A DNA stretch of 64,000 nucleotides from Kondoa subrosea (Eukaryota). Below, in pieces: positions 13,422-27,558 of the stretch (position 1 is the stretch's first letter; each line of letters starts with the position of its first letter). The stretch spans positions 486,925-550,924 of the forward strand of contig BCIN01000004.1 in the NCBI GenBank assembly GCA_039545335.1, given 5' to 3'. The notes under the pieces are model-generated. The model was not told the DNA's origin. It ran no database searches and saw only the letters and a list, made by a program, of their open reading frames with translations. The position numbers were made by a program, and so were the translations under genes.

Positions 13422-14318
13422 CTACAAAGCGATCCAAAGGCCAGCGATTGCTGAGAATGCCAAGAGGGCGCTTCCGGTGATTTGCATTGCTCCAGAGACT
13501 GGCGCGGAGGTTTGAGCTGGTGCGGATGCAGAAGCTGCCGCAGCTGTAGCCTCTGCTGAAGTAGAAGAAGAGGAGGAAGCGGAGGAAGCAGAAGCAGAAG
13601 AAATAGCTACAACTTTGGGTAATTAGCCAAAATATTAATGGGTAGACTGTAGACTCACAAGAAGCAAGAGAACTGGCGATAGAGCTTGCTGAACTAGATA
13701 CACGTGCAGGTGTGCTCTGTATAAGGATCATATCGGTCAATTAAGCGATTCGCTTGCAGGCAATAAGACATAAACATACAGTACTAGTAGCGCTGAAAGT
13801 TCCAGAGTAAGGTGCTGTTCCTGTGACTGTAGCCAGAATAGAATTGGCTTCTTCAGGGAAGACGAGAGAGATGCCGATGGAAGCGCATAGCTGAATCACT
13901 GGTAAGCAATTATTCGCATCCAGTCAAACCAAACTGACTTGTGGTCCAAGAGCAGCTCCGATTGCGGCATCTGTGCCATCACACGATTGAGCAAAACATT
14001 CTGCGCCAGCTACGACAAAGTCCTGTCGAAGCATCAGAATGCAACTTCTTCAACATCTCTTGCAAGAATGGAAGCTCACTCCAGATTGACATAAACAAGC
14101 AGCATCTTGCAGAGAGTTGCAGTTTGCAGTAATGGCAGCAGATTCTAAGCATCCATAGACACTAAGTGAGCAAAGGTTGTCAGTTTAAGCAAAGAGGAAA
14201 TCAGTGTAATGGCTCACCAAGTTGGGATGTTCTGTCTCTTGATCAAATCCGAGCGGAAATAGCTGGCGCCAAGAGCCAAAGGCAGAGCGGTGAAAGTAAT
14301 AAGGGTTTGAGCGAGCAT
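13422..14318 (-). CDS. GPI-anchored CFEM-domain protein
   Basis: Spliced model: signal MLAQTLITFTALPLALGA; 8-Cys CFEM PTCVYGC..NCNSLQDAACLCQS..ECFAQSC..LC; Ser/Ala-rich stalk; hydrophobic tail SGAMQITGSALLAFSAIAGLWIAL*. Confidence 0.85.
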
Positions 14319-14943
14319 GTTGACTGTTTCTTTTAGTATAGTAAAGTTGAAGAGTGGTTGTGTAACTAAAAGACCAGAAAAAAACTTGGGTGATGACTAC
14401 AAGCCAAGATGTGCCCCTTTGAACGGAACGGGAAACGTGGATCTCTGTTCGCCGAGATACAGAACCACTTCAGCGCAATTTAAGCGAACAAAAAACAACA
14501 GATCGAGAACAAAAGAAATTCGTGCCGAAGTGATCGCGACAGATAAATGCTCTCCGACTTTAGCGATATGCGGCCACTTCAGCCTGGAGGAGACTGCTTA
14601 TCTTGTGATGCTATCCGTCATCGTTTTAATGACAAAGCAGCATGCGAAGTTGCGAAGGAAATGGACAATGGGACAATGATAAAAAGCCTTGGAAGGCTCT
14701 TTGTCTGATATCAGCACCTTAGCACGTGAGGTGAATATTGAATGACCGTGCATGTAACGGTACAAGACAAAGGCAGAAGGAAAAGCTTCACCGCGCGAAG
14801 AAGCACAAAAGAGAGAAGAGAGCTGGCTTGCGGGCAGAAGGAGGAAAGGCTGAACAAAGCATTGTGCCAATAAATAAGGTCAACTACGAGAACATCTCAG
14901 CACCAATCGACTTTCGATTTACACGCACTACCTTCATGAACGA

Positions 14944-17900
14944 TTAAGCCAATTGCCAAACACCCGCCATAACGCTTCCATCTACACCTTTTACATTAGA
15001 CGACCCATACGACACGAGGAACAGCCCTAAAGAAGCATCAGCAGGGTTGTATGACTTCGTATTGACACCGTACCTTGTTCTTTGATTGCCTCTGTAAGGC
15101 TTGGTACTTGATTCTAGAAGCGCAACCCCGTCAGCATTCGTAATATGGCACATCATCTCACTTACTAGCAGAGCGGAGTTGAAGAGCACGCCAAGCAGAT
15201 TGTTGGCTTTAGCAAATGCAACAGCTTCTTTGATACTTGTACAGCGCCGATCGTCTTCTGTTCGATTCGCTGGAATGATCTGATCCGATGCTCCTGTACG
15301 CGATAGTCCGCAGTATGAAGCGAAGAACACAGGGTCTAGACGAGACTGCTCAGCAGAAATCAGTGATCTCGATGATGTGCTTACAGTTCGGCTGCTTCCA
15401 GTTGAGAGCTGTACAAACTACAGGATTGAAAGAGGATAATACAATGCGGCGTTGCGTTTCCGTCTCTATGCCGTTGATAAGCTCAGTTTGACTACTGAAA
15501 GCGTATGCCAAAGTAAGCACAGAGTCGGCAGCTGCGTTGAGGTCGACCGGATTAGTGAGACCTAGACGACGTTCATCAGATGCAGTGGGATAGCGAAGTT
15601 CGAGATTGATGCCAAAGTGAGGCGGCAGAATCTAGTGGTCGAAGCATTAGACCTCGACGATCGTATAGAGAAGTCAAAGAATTACCTTCAGTAGCTGTTC
15701 CAAGGTGATCAAACTCTTCTGCATGATCTCATACCACTGTTCCGCCGAATGCAAGCCCGATATCATCTTTTCATCCAGTTCCAATTTTTGTCTTCTTGCC
15801 AGCCCAGTGAGCTGATCAGCAGTCATCTGGCATGCATACACTTCCATTCCTTCTATAGGTAACGCCCAAAAAGGATAACATATCGGTACACAATCTTTCG
15901 ATAATTGGACGACGCAGCGGATGTAGTCGCCCGTCAGAGAAGAAGCTGTAACAATCGGACCAGCTTGAGATGAGGCAGCAGGTTGAGATGCTTTCCAGTA
16001 GGTGTTCATTTGCCCCGCTGGCGCTAAGGCAGCAGCTTCAAAGGGCTTCACCAGACTGAGCTCGAAATCAATTTCTCCTACTGTTCTGAGTTGGTGATCG
16101 AAGAGCGGTATAGTGTATGCACCAAGACTGAGGAGTTTGGAAAAGGCAGCATGTAACGCTGATGCTCGACCCAGCATTCGTGAGCCAAAGGTTGGATAGA
16201 GGTCGAAGTCGAGTGAGAAGCGGTCGAAAGAGTCGACTTGAAAGGTGAAGACTTCGCGCTCATCGGCTAAAGGGAAGATGATGTTATAAGGAATAGCTAG
16301 AGGATCGGGTTTGCAAGTCAAGACGAGTTTCATCGGTGTTTGCTTATTTGTAGCCATGGCGTACAAGCGAACAGGACAGAGAGCAGAAGCGGAGATATGC
16401 GCCGTCGAATGACCCAACGAGACCAAGACCAATGCACGTCGATCCAGATAATTGTGACCATAAGTACGGAAAGGCATAATAGGGGGCGGAAGAGATCTAT
16501 AGCAAATTTGCCAATCAGTAAGTACGATTTGGTCTTTGGGTATTGCTTACAAGCTTGGAATGAGATCCATTTCAAGATCATCGATACCGTCTGATGAGCG
16601 ACTCTTGCCAGACAAAGCTTCAGGGGAGGTGACTTTTGATTGAGCGAGTTTAGCACCAGCTTTGAGTAATAGATTGACACAATCGATGTGTCCGTGCCAA
16701 GCTGCGTAATGAAGTGGTGTTCTCCCCACATCGTCCGTTGCATTAAGGTCACAGCGAGCATCTAAAAGCGTTTGGACGCAATCCATTCTTCCTTCAACTG
16801 CATGAAAGAGAGGTGTCCAATTCGAGTACTTGTCCATTTCGTCAACATTCGCTTGACCAGATTGAAGAAGAAGTTTGAGACAGTCTGCATGACCTGACTT
16901 TGCTGCAATATGTTGGGGATAGAAACCACCGAGATCAGGTTTGACAGCAAAGCCATTAGCCAACAATAGCTCGACGATTCCTGCTCGACCATATTGACAC
17001 GCTAAGTTCAGAGGTCGCAATTGCCCGGCGGCGATACTTGTATCGTTGTTGTTGAAGATACCAGCAGCTAAGAAGAGTTGAACAACGGCTAGATGTCCAT
17101 TTATGATGGCGTAAATCACTGGCGGATAGCCATCCAGATCTTTGCTTGACGAATCACCTCCATACGCCAAGAATGTTTGTACGACCAATGCATGACCATT
17201 CATTGCTGCGTAGTGAAGCGGTGTTCGACCATATGCGTCTTTTGCAGATACATTGAGTTTCCTTGCTATTGCTAGATCAACGAGGTCAGTTCTTCCTGTC
17301 AGACTTGCTTCATGTAAAGGTGTTCTGCCATTGATGTCGTCAATGTATCCGAAGTTGAGCAATTCAATGGGAACTAGATTAGAATGTAGAGCGGTTTGCC
17401 ATACTATCCGAGACAGTCTACTGATGTACTCTGTCGACGATGCTGGTCTTTTGTAGAGGGAAGTAAGGGTTTGAGAGACTGAATTAGCATCATTGTTGGC
17501 AATCGCTTGCTGTAAAACGTATTCAGTTTCTTCTATTGCGTCAGGTTCGCTGTCTGTCAGATTGTGATTATCGTCCAATATCCTTGTTTGCTGATCTTGA
17601 CCATCAACAGCGATATCTGCCGTCGAGTCCAGTTGATCAGCAGATAAAGTAGGTGCTTCGACTATAGCTTCCAATTTAGCCGTATTTATCGTCACTGTGT
17701 CATATAGCTCGGACATGAATTGTCGATTGAAGCAAGGCTGAACTTCTATTTGTCGAGCTAGATACATCTCTTTTGTAGTCGATTTTGATCGCTTGTCCCA
17801 TTTTTTCAGGATCTTGCGAAACCCAGTTGCGCTGAAGTAAATAAATCAGCACCGCCAAGCAATAGAATGTGCAGAGTAATCACTTGATCTCTATGAAGGC

Positions 17901-18512
17901 CTTAAAGAAAACCTCAGAACACATGCGAGCCAACATCGTAAAGAGCGCTTACCTGCAACTTCGATAAGTCCTGCTCAAAATGCTTGAAACCTTCCCACAA
18001 AGCCACAAAAGCGCTACTTGATCTAGTAAGACGACCTTTACTAGTCGCTTGGATACTCTTTCGCTTGTCTATAAGAGTCTTTAATCTGACTTTGATCTCC
18101 CCTTCTTTCTGTAAGTAGAAAGCATTGATCTTTTCTAATTCTCGTTCAAGCTTGAAGAAGAAAGCAGCTTTATGCGCTTGTAACAGATCTGATTCCGAGT
18201 TGGATGATTCAGGGATCAATTGAGCGTTTTGGCCATCTATATGAGGTGCTGGTATTGGTCGATGAACAGCAGCCAAAGCAGCAGCATCCAGCGGTCGTCC
18301 TTTGGCTAGAGAGTTGATAATCTAGTTCTGTGCGTCAAGAGAGCTCCTCGTAGCTGTTCACTATGACGGACTTTCTTAAGACCCTTGTAATCCAAGTAGA
18401 ACTGGTTCCAACTGTTTGCGCTGAGGATCTGGATCTCTTTGCCGAACTATAGGAACGGAATGTCTTGAGCGATTACAGACCAATTGACCATCTAATGTAG
18501 TCGTACCTTCAT
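14944..18512 (-). CDS. PHO81: SPX-ankyrin-GDPD-like CDK inhibitor of the phosphate pathway (Pho81/NUC-2)
   Basis: MK|FGKEI..YLDYKGLKK SPX start, AFFFKLERELEKINAFYLQKE, TGFRKILKKWDKRSKS, ankyrin repeats (GRTPLH), C-terminal GDPD-like region. Confidence 0.9.
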
Positions 18513-19389
18513 CTCGCAGACTTAATGAAATGTCAGACTTCCGACCGAGGGAGTCGAGCTGCGAGAGAACAGGGGAAGGCTCTCTAGATATTTATGGTCT
18601 ATCGTGAGTGGGTCATCGTTGAAGCATTGGTATAGACGTAGAGCTAATGGCCGTCTGTAAGCAAAATGCATTCATTTGGGTCAGAACGTGTGCGAACATG
18701 AAAATGTAGCTGGAATGGCCTATAAGCTATACATTGTCCTTATATTCCACTATACAGACGTTATACATATCCCGCGACTTACTTTCAGCTTGAATTGGCT
18801 TCCGCCCAATATCCAACTCTTTGTTCAACAGGCCAGCAGAAACAGATCAGCCCGGCGTGATGTGCTAGACAGTGGAAGCTGAAGACTCTGATCAGAGAGT
18901 GAGGTGAAAGCACAAGGTTCCCGAGAAGGACATCTGCAGCGGATTGAGGTCCGAAAGGATGCCTCAACTAATCTTTGGATTACGTCGCCAGACCGGCCGA
19001 TTACGTGAGAGAACCTAGCGCTATATAGAGTTGAAGCCCTATAACCACAACGCATGCATGTACAACTTCTGTAGCCAGAGAGCATTCGCTTAGGTAATGA
19101 AAGGAAAAGCCAAACGAAGACAACGGAGTTGTCACAATTGGGCATCGCACGAGCAAGATCCAAGAATATCAAGCACCCAGACAGCATTATCAGACAATAC
19201 AAGCGAATCCGAGCGAGAAATCGGCGTTCATCGAATCTGAGGTTTGGAGGCCAGTTTGCCAGTCTCGGAATGGCAGACGACAGTGCAAGCTGCAGGAGCA
19301 AAGCAAGAAGTAGCTTATGAGATCTTTGACTCAATAAACTTGCTGGACATGCTTGTTCGAGATCAACCACCTCTCGACCCAAATTCAGA

Positions 19390-20659
19390 ATGTCGAGCAG
19401 CAAAATCTTAGCCAGTCTGCAAGGGAAAGGGGGTACTGTTGGCATATACGATGCGACTTACAAGACTTTCGCTGCTTGCACATTGATTGCTGCATCAGCG
19501 TCGAACAGGCAAGTCTGCAATTGGCCAATCTTGAATTCTCGCGCTGAATGCAGATGGCAGTATTAACGCTCCATTTGGTCGCTTCCACCTTACCAGATCT
19601 GCATTGAATGTTAACGCAAATTGGGGTTGGTTCGTCATGGTAAGGCCATTCAAGCGAGAATGGACTCTAGGCTAACGAGCATTGCAGGAAGTCGTTTCGC
19701 CTATTACGTTCCTGCTTGCGCTATCTGGAAGGCCTTTGTCGAGTGATCCTAGGTGAGTAGCTTTCTTCTTCAACCCTGAATCAACTTACACTATTCCAAG
19801 TTCTTGGACTTCCGGCTGGTCAAACCCTCAGGAAGCTTTGACGAAGCTTCAATCTCTCTCGCGACCGACCCAATTGCTCTCGGCTCTCTTCCTTATTCAT
19901 TACCTCAACCGATCTACCATTTCTACTCTTCGTACACCTTCAGCTCGCAGTCCAATGCATATCTCAGTACCTCTGACCGCTATTGCGTTCAATCTAGCAA
20001 ATGGCTACCTCCTTGGTTCATGGCTCGGTGGGAGAACACAGTCAGCAGGTCTGCTAACAAGCAATGTTGGAGCTGTTCCGGAAATGGCTTTCCAGAATCC
20101 TCTCTTCTGGTTCGGTCTGTCTTTATGGTTCATTGGCTTCATAGGCAATATTTATCACGATGAAATCCTCTATTCTTTACGTCGACCCAATCCCAACGGG
20201 AAACCTAAACCTCGCTATGCTATCCCTTATGGCGGTCTCTACAAATACATTTCATTCCCTTCTTACTTTTGCGAATGGGTCGAATGGTTTGGTTTCGCCT
20301 TAGCTTGCTGTTCCACTTCTACCATTCCTCCAACATTACCAGCAACCGCTTTACCCACAGTCGTAGCTCAAGACGTCAATGCTTTCTTTCAATACATTCA
20401 AAACATCTTTTACTACATTTGGTCCATCGCTTCAAGTAATGCGACTTTTATTCCACATCCTTCTACTTCTTCAGCAAGTAAAATTTTCGATTCACCTTTA
20501 TGGCATTGGTCAACTTATACTACACCACCTTGGATGTTCTTGTATGCTGAATTTGCAACCATGACACCAAGAGCTAGGAAAGGCCATGCTTGGTATAAAG
20601 CAAAGTTTGGATCCCAGTTCCCAAAAGATAGGAAAGTGGTAGTGCCGGGTATTTACTGA
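19390..20659 (+). CDS. 3-oxo-5-alpha-steroid 4-dehydrogenase (SRD5A/DET2 family)
   Basis: APFGRF..NWGWFVM|EVVSP, FLIHYLNRS, NIYHDEILYSLR, YAIPYGGLYKYISFPSYFCEWVEWFGFA, GHAWYKAKFG..RKVVVPGIY*. Confidence 0.9.
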
Positions 20660-20680
20660 TGGAGTTGTATATATGATGTG

Positions 20681-22112
<1,432 letters not shown>

Positions 22113-22341
22113 AGCCTGTCCGGCCTCGTTGTAGCAAGCAAGAAGCTTCAAGCAGGCTTGGCGAGGAAAAGCGACCGGCCTCAGTGGTACACTTGGAATC
22201 TAGGTGCATGCAGCTCTAGTCCCTAGCTTTCTGACCTGTTTGTCTTTGGCTGGGCATCTATCAGCCTCAATCTGCCATTTCCTGCGCTTCCTAAAGTTGC
22301 TTTCGCGCTTTCTGTTCCCTTTTCTGCCTCTTATCAGTAAT

Positions 22342-24247
22342 ATGCCTGAGCGCGACGTTACCGCACCTCTTGGGACTGTCCGAGAAGCTCCTGAATTACA
22401 AAAGACTGTCACGCAGCGTATCCACTCTGCAGAAGTTCGTGCTCTGACCGAATTGCAATCCAGCATCGAGCGTTCATACGCTCTTTCATAGAGAGCTTTC
22501 GTTTGGAAAACGCCAGATCTATATCGAGTGGAAAGCGAAGAGCTCGAATGGTTGCTTTTTGGAGATATACTGAGCCCTGTTTTTGATGAAGCATGGCGGG
22601 TGAGTGCAATACAACGAAGACCTACATACTGACGGCTCCTATATCGCAACAGATAGAATTGACAATGCCATTAAACGAAGAATCTCTGCTTCCGCAATGC
22701 AGCGTCGGCATTTACCTACATGCTGAGCCTACAGCAATGGAATTGCGCAACGCTCCTACTGGAGCCGCAGCGAGAAATACTCATTTTCCTTTGAAGTGAG
22801 ATCTAACCCTACAAATGCGCGTTCAATTGTTGACAGTGTATTGCTAGTTTGACTTTGGAGATGGCAGTGCGAAGCTAGGCGGACATCAGATCAAAGCACA
22901 TCAATTTTCTGCTTCTAACTCCGCACTTGGTTTTCCTTTCGCCTCAGAAGTGTGGACTCGACTGATCCTGCAAACGAAAAATGCCACTTTGCCAGTCAGT
23001 GATGCTTAGTTGATTCGTATCACATCACGCTGATGTTGTTTTAGACATGCATTGTTATCACTTTGCGACTTCGCGAGGAGCTTGCAGCATTTCACGAGCC
23101 TGCCGTGATTCTTCCTCCCAGAATTGACTTCCGCAACAAAATTCTGGCGAAGCTTTTCAGCTTCTCGAAAGACGAGGAATTGGGCGATGTCGAGCTGGTT
23201 TTCCCAAATAGCACAGCTGGGAAAGAACCGGCTTATATATACGCTCACAAGTGGGTGCTCATGATGTCTGCTCCATACTTCAATACCAGTCAGTTCTACC
23301 ATATACCTGGACTTTCTGATCTCAGCATCAACGTTTGGCAGTGTTCTCGGCGGAATTTGCTGAAATGTCAGGCATCGATACGGATCTACCTACACCTGCT
23401 GGTCCACCAGATGCTCTGTTTGAAGATGACAGCGATGTCGAAGCGGAGGCAGAAGATATGGAGTTTGTCGACGGAGATTCGTCAGAGGAGGACTCTGAAC
23501 CTGAATCGGAAGAAGACTGGAGGTTGTCAGAAGGAGAGCTGAAGGATCTGTCTCAAGACTTGAAAGCGGAAGCAATCGGCGTCCCGGAAGATCAAGACGA
23601 AAGCATGGGTATAGAACCTCAGCCTAGTCTGATAGCTCTTCATCGCGAGCATGACCAAGCCTCGGCGGACGGACAGTGCGAGGAAACTTACGCGTTACAA
23701 CCGACAACAAGAAGCCGCATCATTTGTCGAGACTTCACGCATACTACCTATTCTGCACTGCTTAATTACCTGTCGACCGGTAGTCTGTCTTTTGCACCAC
23801 TTCGCAGTCAATTCAATCATGATGAATGCTGGGACTTGGAATGGTACAATTCCACGACCAAGCATCCTTTGAATGTCGAGCCTGGCAGTACGCAGATGAG
23901 CTTCAAGCCTGTCAGTCCAAAATCAATATATCGTTTGGCCGACAGTAAGCTGGCTCTCAGGAGAGCGATTCGAGCTCACATCTTCTTCAGAACTTGATCT
24001 CCCAGATCTCAAAGAAGCTGCCAAAGCGGAAATCATTTGCAATTGGCATACATCAAGGAGAACTGGGTCAGCCTATCAAGGAGAACTGGGTCAGCCTTGT
24101 TTTAACAATAATGATTCTTTTGCCTGACTTAGTTCTCAGGCGGACATCAAGGATCAGAAACAAGCTATTCGGGAATTGTGGAATCTAAGACCCAACAGCC
24201 CTTTTTGGCTAGAACTGTTCGAGGTCGTGAATGACCTGGATGGGTGA
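22342..24247 (+). CDS. MATH-like + BTB/POZ protein; C-terminal frameshift makes it a possible pseudogene or truncated allele
   Basis: GDVELVF..IYAHKWVLMMSAPYFNT|VFSAEFAE, acidic insert, DFTHTTYSALLNYLSTGSLSFAPL, SPKSIYRLAD|KLDLPDLKEAA; last conserved segment is out of frame. Confidence 0.75.
24052..24097 (+). repeat. Perfect 23-bp tandem duplication (ATCAAGGAGAACTGGGTCAGCCT x2) covering a splice donor
   Basis: Directly visible at 24052-24074 and 24075-24097. Confidence 0.95.
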
Positions 24248-24381
24248 TCGCTCCACTGCGATTAGGTTTGCAATGACAGACAGGGTATTTCGGGAGTCCT
24301 GCAGCAATGTATGAGCCTATTTTACTAACCAAGCATATATCCTTGTTTGCATATAACATCTTTTACATCACTTATCACTCA

Positions 24382-25699
24382 TTACAAGTTTGACTTGCTT
24401 GCGGTAACATCTTTCCAGAATTCGTACATCCCCTTCAAATCAACAGAAGTGTCTAGACTATCGAATGCCTGCATGTCTCGGTCAGCCGTGCAGCATGTTT
24501 TGAACAGCTTACGCACATGATCCAACTCTGGGTCATTAATCATATCAAACTTGTGCTTTACGTTGTTGTTTTTCAAAGCTTCCACTACGTCTTGGCTTTG
24601 TTCTGGTCCAACAAATCTGTCTCGTACAGCTGGACAGCAAGTATTAGCATCATGAGAACTGGCATATGGTCAGCACCGACTTGTTGTGATGTATGTCTAT
24701 CGCGCGCATGAGTGATCAGGTGCCATTAGGATCGCGAAAAGCTTACAGGAGGATAATCCTGGTTAATGATGTTCGACACTTTATACTTTGGTCCATCAGT
24801 CAATACGTCTTGGTAGACCAGAGTAGCCAGAGAAGCGGTTTGGAGCATATAAGAGTAGAAAGATGACCGTGGATTAGGCGTCAATGGACTTCCGCTGTGA
24901 ACATTAGCGAATATTGATTAGCATGACCCTAGTACTCAATTTGACTTGCTCACGCTACAACAGGACCTTGCGGATCAAGAACGTCTTTCATTTCATCGTG
25001 AGTCACCCGAACAGCTTTGCTCAAAGGAGGATGATCGAATGGCTGTGTGAAACAATCTAAGCGAGCTAATACTAGCTTAGAGTTGACTACTTACTTCTTG
25101 AGGTGTGGTAAAGAAAGTCCCAGTAGGATCCTGGAGTCAATATCAGCTGGTAAACATCCTATTCTTCAAGTAATGACTTACGGTGATAGGGTAAATTGCC
25201 AGAACTGATCGAATTGAAGGCACAATATGACCGCCCAGAAGAGCAAGATATCCACCTACAAGCAATCAATCGAGCGACATATGCAAGAGAAGTGTAGACA
25301 GACCAGCGCTAGATCCAGCCAATGAAATGTTGTTACTGTCAATCTTGTCCCCTCCGAGCAAGCCATTCAAGTCTTCTTTGACCCATTTACAGACAGCACG
25401 AACGTCCTCCAAGATCAAGGGCAATTTAGCTTGAGGAGCCAGACGATAATCGGCAGACACGAAAGCAAACTTGTATTGATCTACGCTTCGTAAGAAATGG
25501 GCAGCTGGTCTTGTGCGATCGCCCAGCAGTAGGCCTCCACCACTACGATAGATATCTCAGTTCGCGCCTCTACATATATCGCGAAGACTCACTGGAACCA
25601 AATGATGACGGGCAATTTGCCAGATGAAGCGTCCTTTGGCAGATGAACATCTGCCTTGATCTCCAGAGAATCTACAGTCTTGAAAGTGAAAGTCTGCAT
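24382..25699 (-). CDS. Alpha/beta hydrolase (HSL-like esterase/lipase)
   Basis: IWFH|GGGLLLG oxyanion motif, SADYRLAPQ, nucleophile GSSAG|G, C-terminal LDH|AFD. Confidence 0.85.
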
Positions 25700-25857
25700 G
25701 GAGATTGTATTACTGTAGGAAGAAACGGTGGTATTCAAATGACCGACAATTGCATAAAAATCCGGGGTACACAATATGATGAATGTAAAAGAGTGTAGAA
25801 TGCTTTGAATGGTATTGGCACAAATAATGATCTAAATACATCGAATAGCTGCCCACT

Positions 25858-27365
25858 TTACGACTTCACGACCTTGCTCAGCAAATTGTCACTTGTAACC
25901 CTATAAACCTCGTTCCCTCTCCAAGCAATATTGTTGCTGCACATTGAGTAAATGAAGATTGGTAGTGCCGAGACTTCTCGGACCAACCAAGCCGCTGTCG
26001 ACCAAGTTGCCTTTTCCTTTGCAGGTTCATCAAAAGGCGCAACTGAATGTACAGAGTGAAAGATCGAATGATCCACGGTGTACCAGGCAAGCATATGTGC
26101 AATGAAGAAGTAGACAGCCGAGAAAGAAGTGAGGTAAGAGAATGAAAGCGCGCCGATCATGCCGTTGACCAAGCTTTCGGTGAATGGTTCGATGCAGGTT
26201 GCTGGCAGGACCATATACTTCCTATATCAGAGTTAATTGATTGACGACAGTGGAAGGAGCAGCAAAGACTGACCGAGCTCGAATCCATCGAATTCTCCTC
26301 CAGCAATAGGATAGTAAAGAGAAGTTGGTCAAAGTGTTGCCAATAACATCCGAATTCATGGCATGTCCGTATCCGATCTCCATCAGCGCAATCCCAATCA
26401 TATTGTCTTCGCTCAAGTAGCAACCGAATCCTTCCATCCCACAAGCTTTCTCTTTCTTCTCTTTCGCTCGCAAAGCGGGCTTAGTCTGATCTAGTTGACT
26501 TTTTCTGTACATACAGCTCTTGCCTAAAATCATCGAGCCAGCGTCGAGCTTGTTGATACTCAGATAAGCTTTTGCATGAGCTGTTGCAAGAAAGGTTTGT
26601 TCAACTTTGGCGCCGAAAGAATTGGCGAAAAGACCGATAGGAAGATGATGTGCCAATCCGATAGGCTATAATCCATACTTTAGAAAGTATAGGAAGAGGG
26701 GAAAGAGCAATCATACTCGACCGAGACGTTCGGTTTTAGAATCGAATAGAGGTACAGCATTTGCCAATGTTAGAGGAGAAGCGCAGGTATTTGAGTCGCA
26801 AACCCAGAGTATATCGTACTTTGCTGCTTTGTATGGTCGCACGAGATTGTTCACTTTCGGATTCACATTGACTTGCTCATCACCAATGATCAATTGACTA
26901 TCAACGTGAGGATATTGGGCTTGAAGTGCTTGAACGAGAGGAATTACTGCATCTTGGTCGTCTGCCACAGAGAAGATGACTTCAAATTTTGGGTACTGCT
27001 GTTCGAAGGAGCTCTGCAGGTTGAATTCTAGCTTGGGATCGACACCTTTGAGTGGTCGAAGGACAGAGACGCCCGGCACTGGGTCCTCCGTCCTAGGCTG
27101 TGCACTGCTGCTCTTCTCAGGATTCGGGTATGCTTGAGGCTTGATAACGTGAGCGGATTTATTGCGGTATCGAGTTCTCCTGCAAGGCTGGTCAGTGAAG
27201 GAGACGTGTACAGATTGCCTGCACGTACGCTACATGTTCCGCTAGCAAACTCAGCGTCCAGACAGCGAGCCAAATGACAATTCCAAGCGCGCTGTGGATT
27301 TCATTTGTCAACAGAGCCAAGTACTGGATAGGGGAGTTCACGGACGCAAATATATACTTCAACAT
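25858..27365 (-). CDS. GCS1: Glucosylceramide synthase (GT21), paralog A
   Basis: N-terminal TM; PGVSVLRPLKGVD, VADDQD, NPKVNNL, LWVCDSN, HAKAY, LSEDNMIG, RRIRWIRAR, WLVREVSALP. Confidence 0.9.
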
Positions 27366-27558
27366 GATTCATCTGAAGACAAAGCCAGCTCGCAAGGGCA
27401 TTGCGCAGAAGCAAGACCGGTGCTGAGGCTGAGACAAATTTACGCACTGCAAACTCGGAATAGAATCTATCTTCTAGTGTCTATTGTTAGTACTGTAAGT
27501 GGGTCAAGAACGTCAATGAGATCGCTGCAGCAGAAGGGAACGCGTCTGAACAATGCCA

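Noticed and set aside
18780..18810. Minus-strand CCAATTCAAGCT resembling RNase P RNA CR-V
   Set aside because: No matching CR-I/P4 partner strand found upstream
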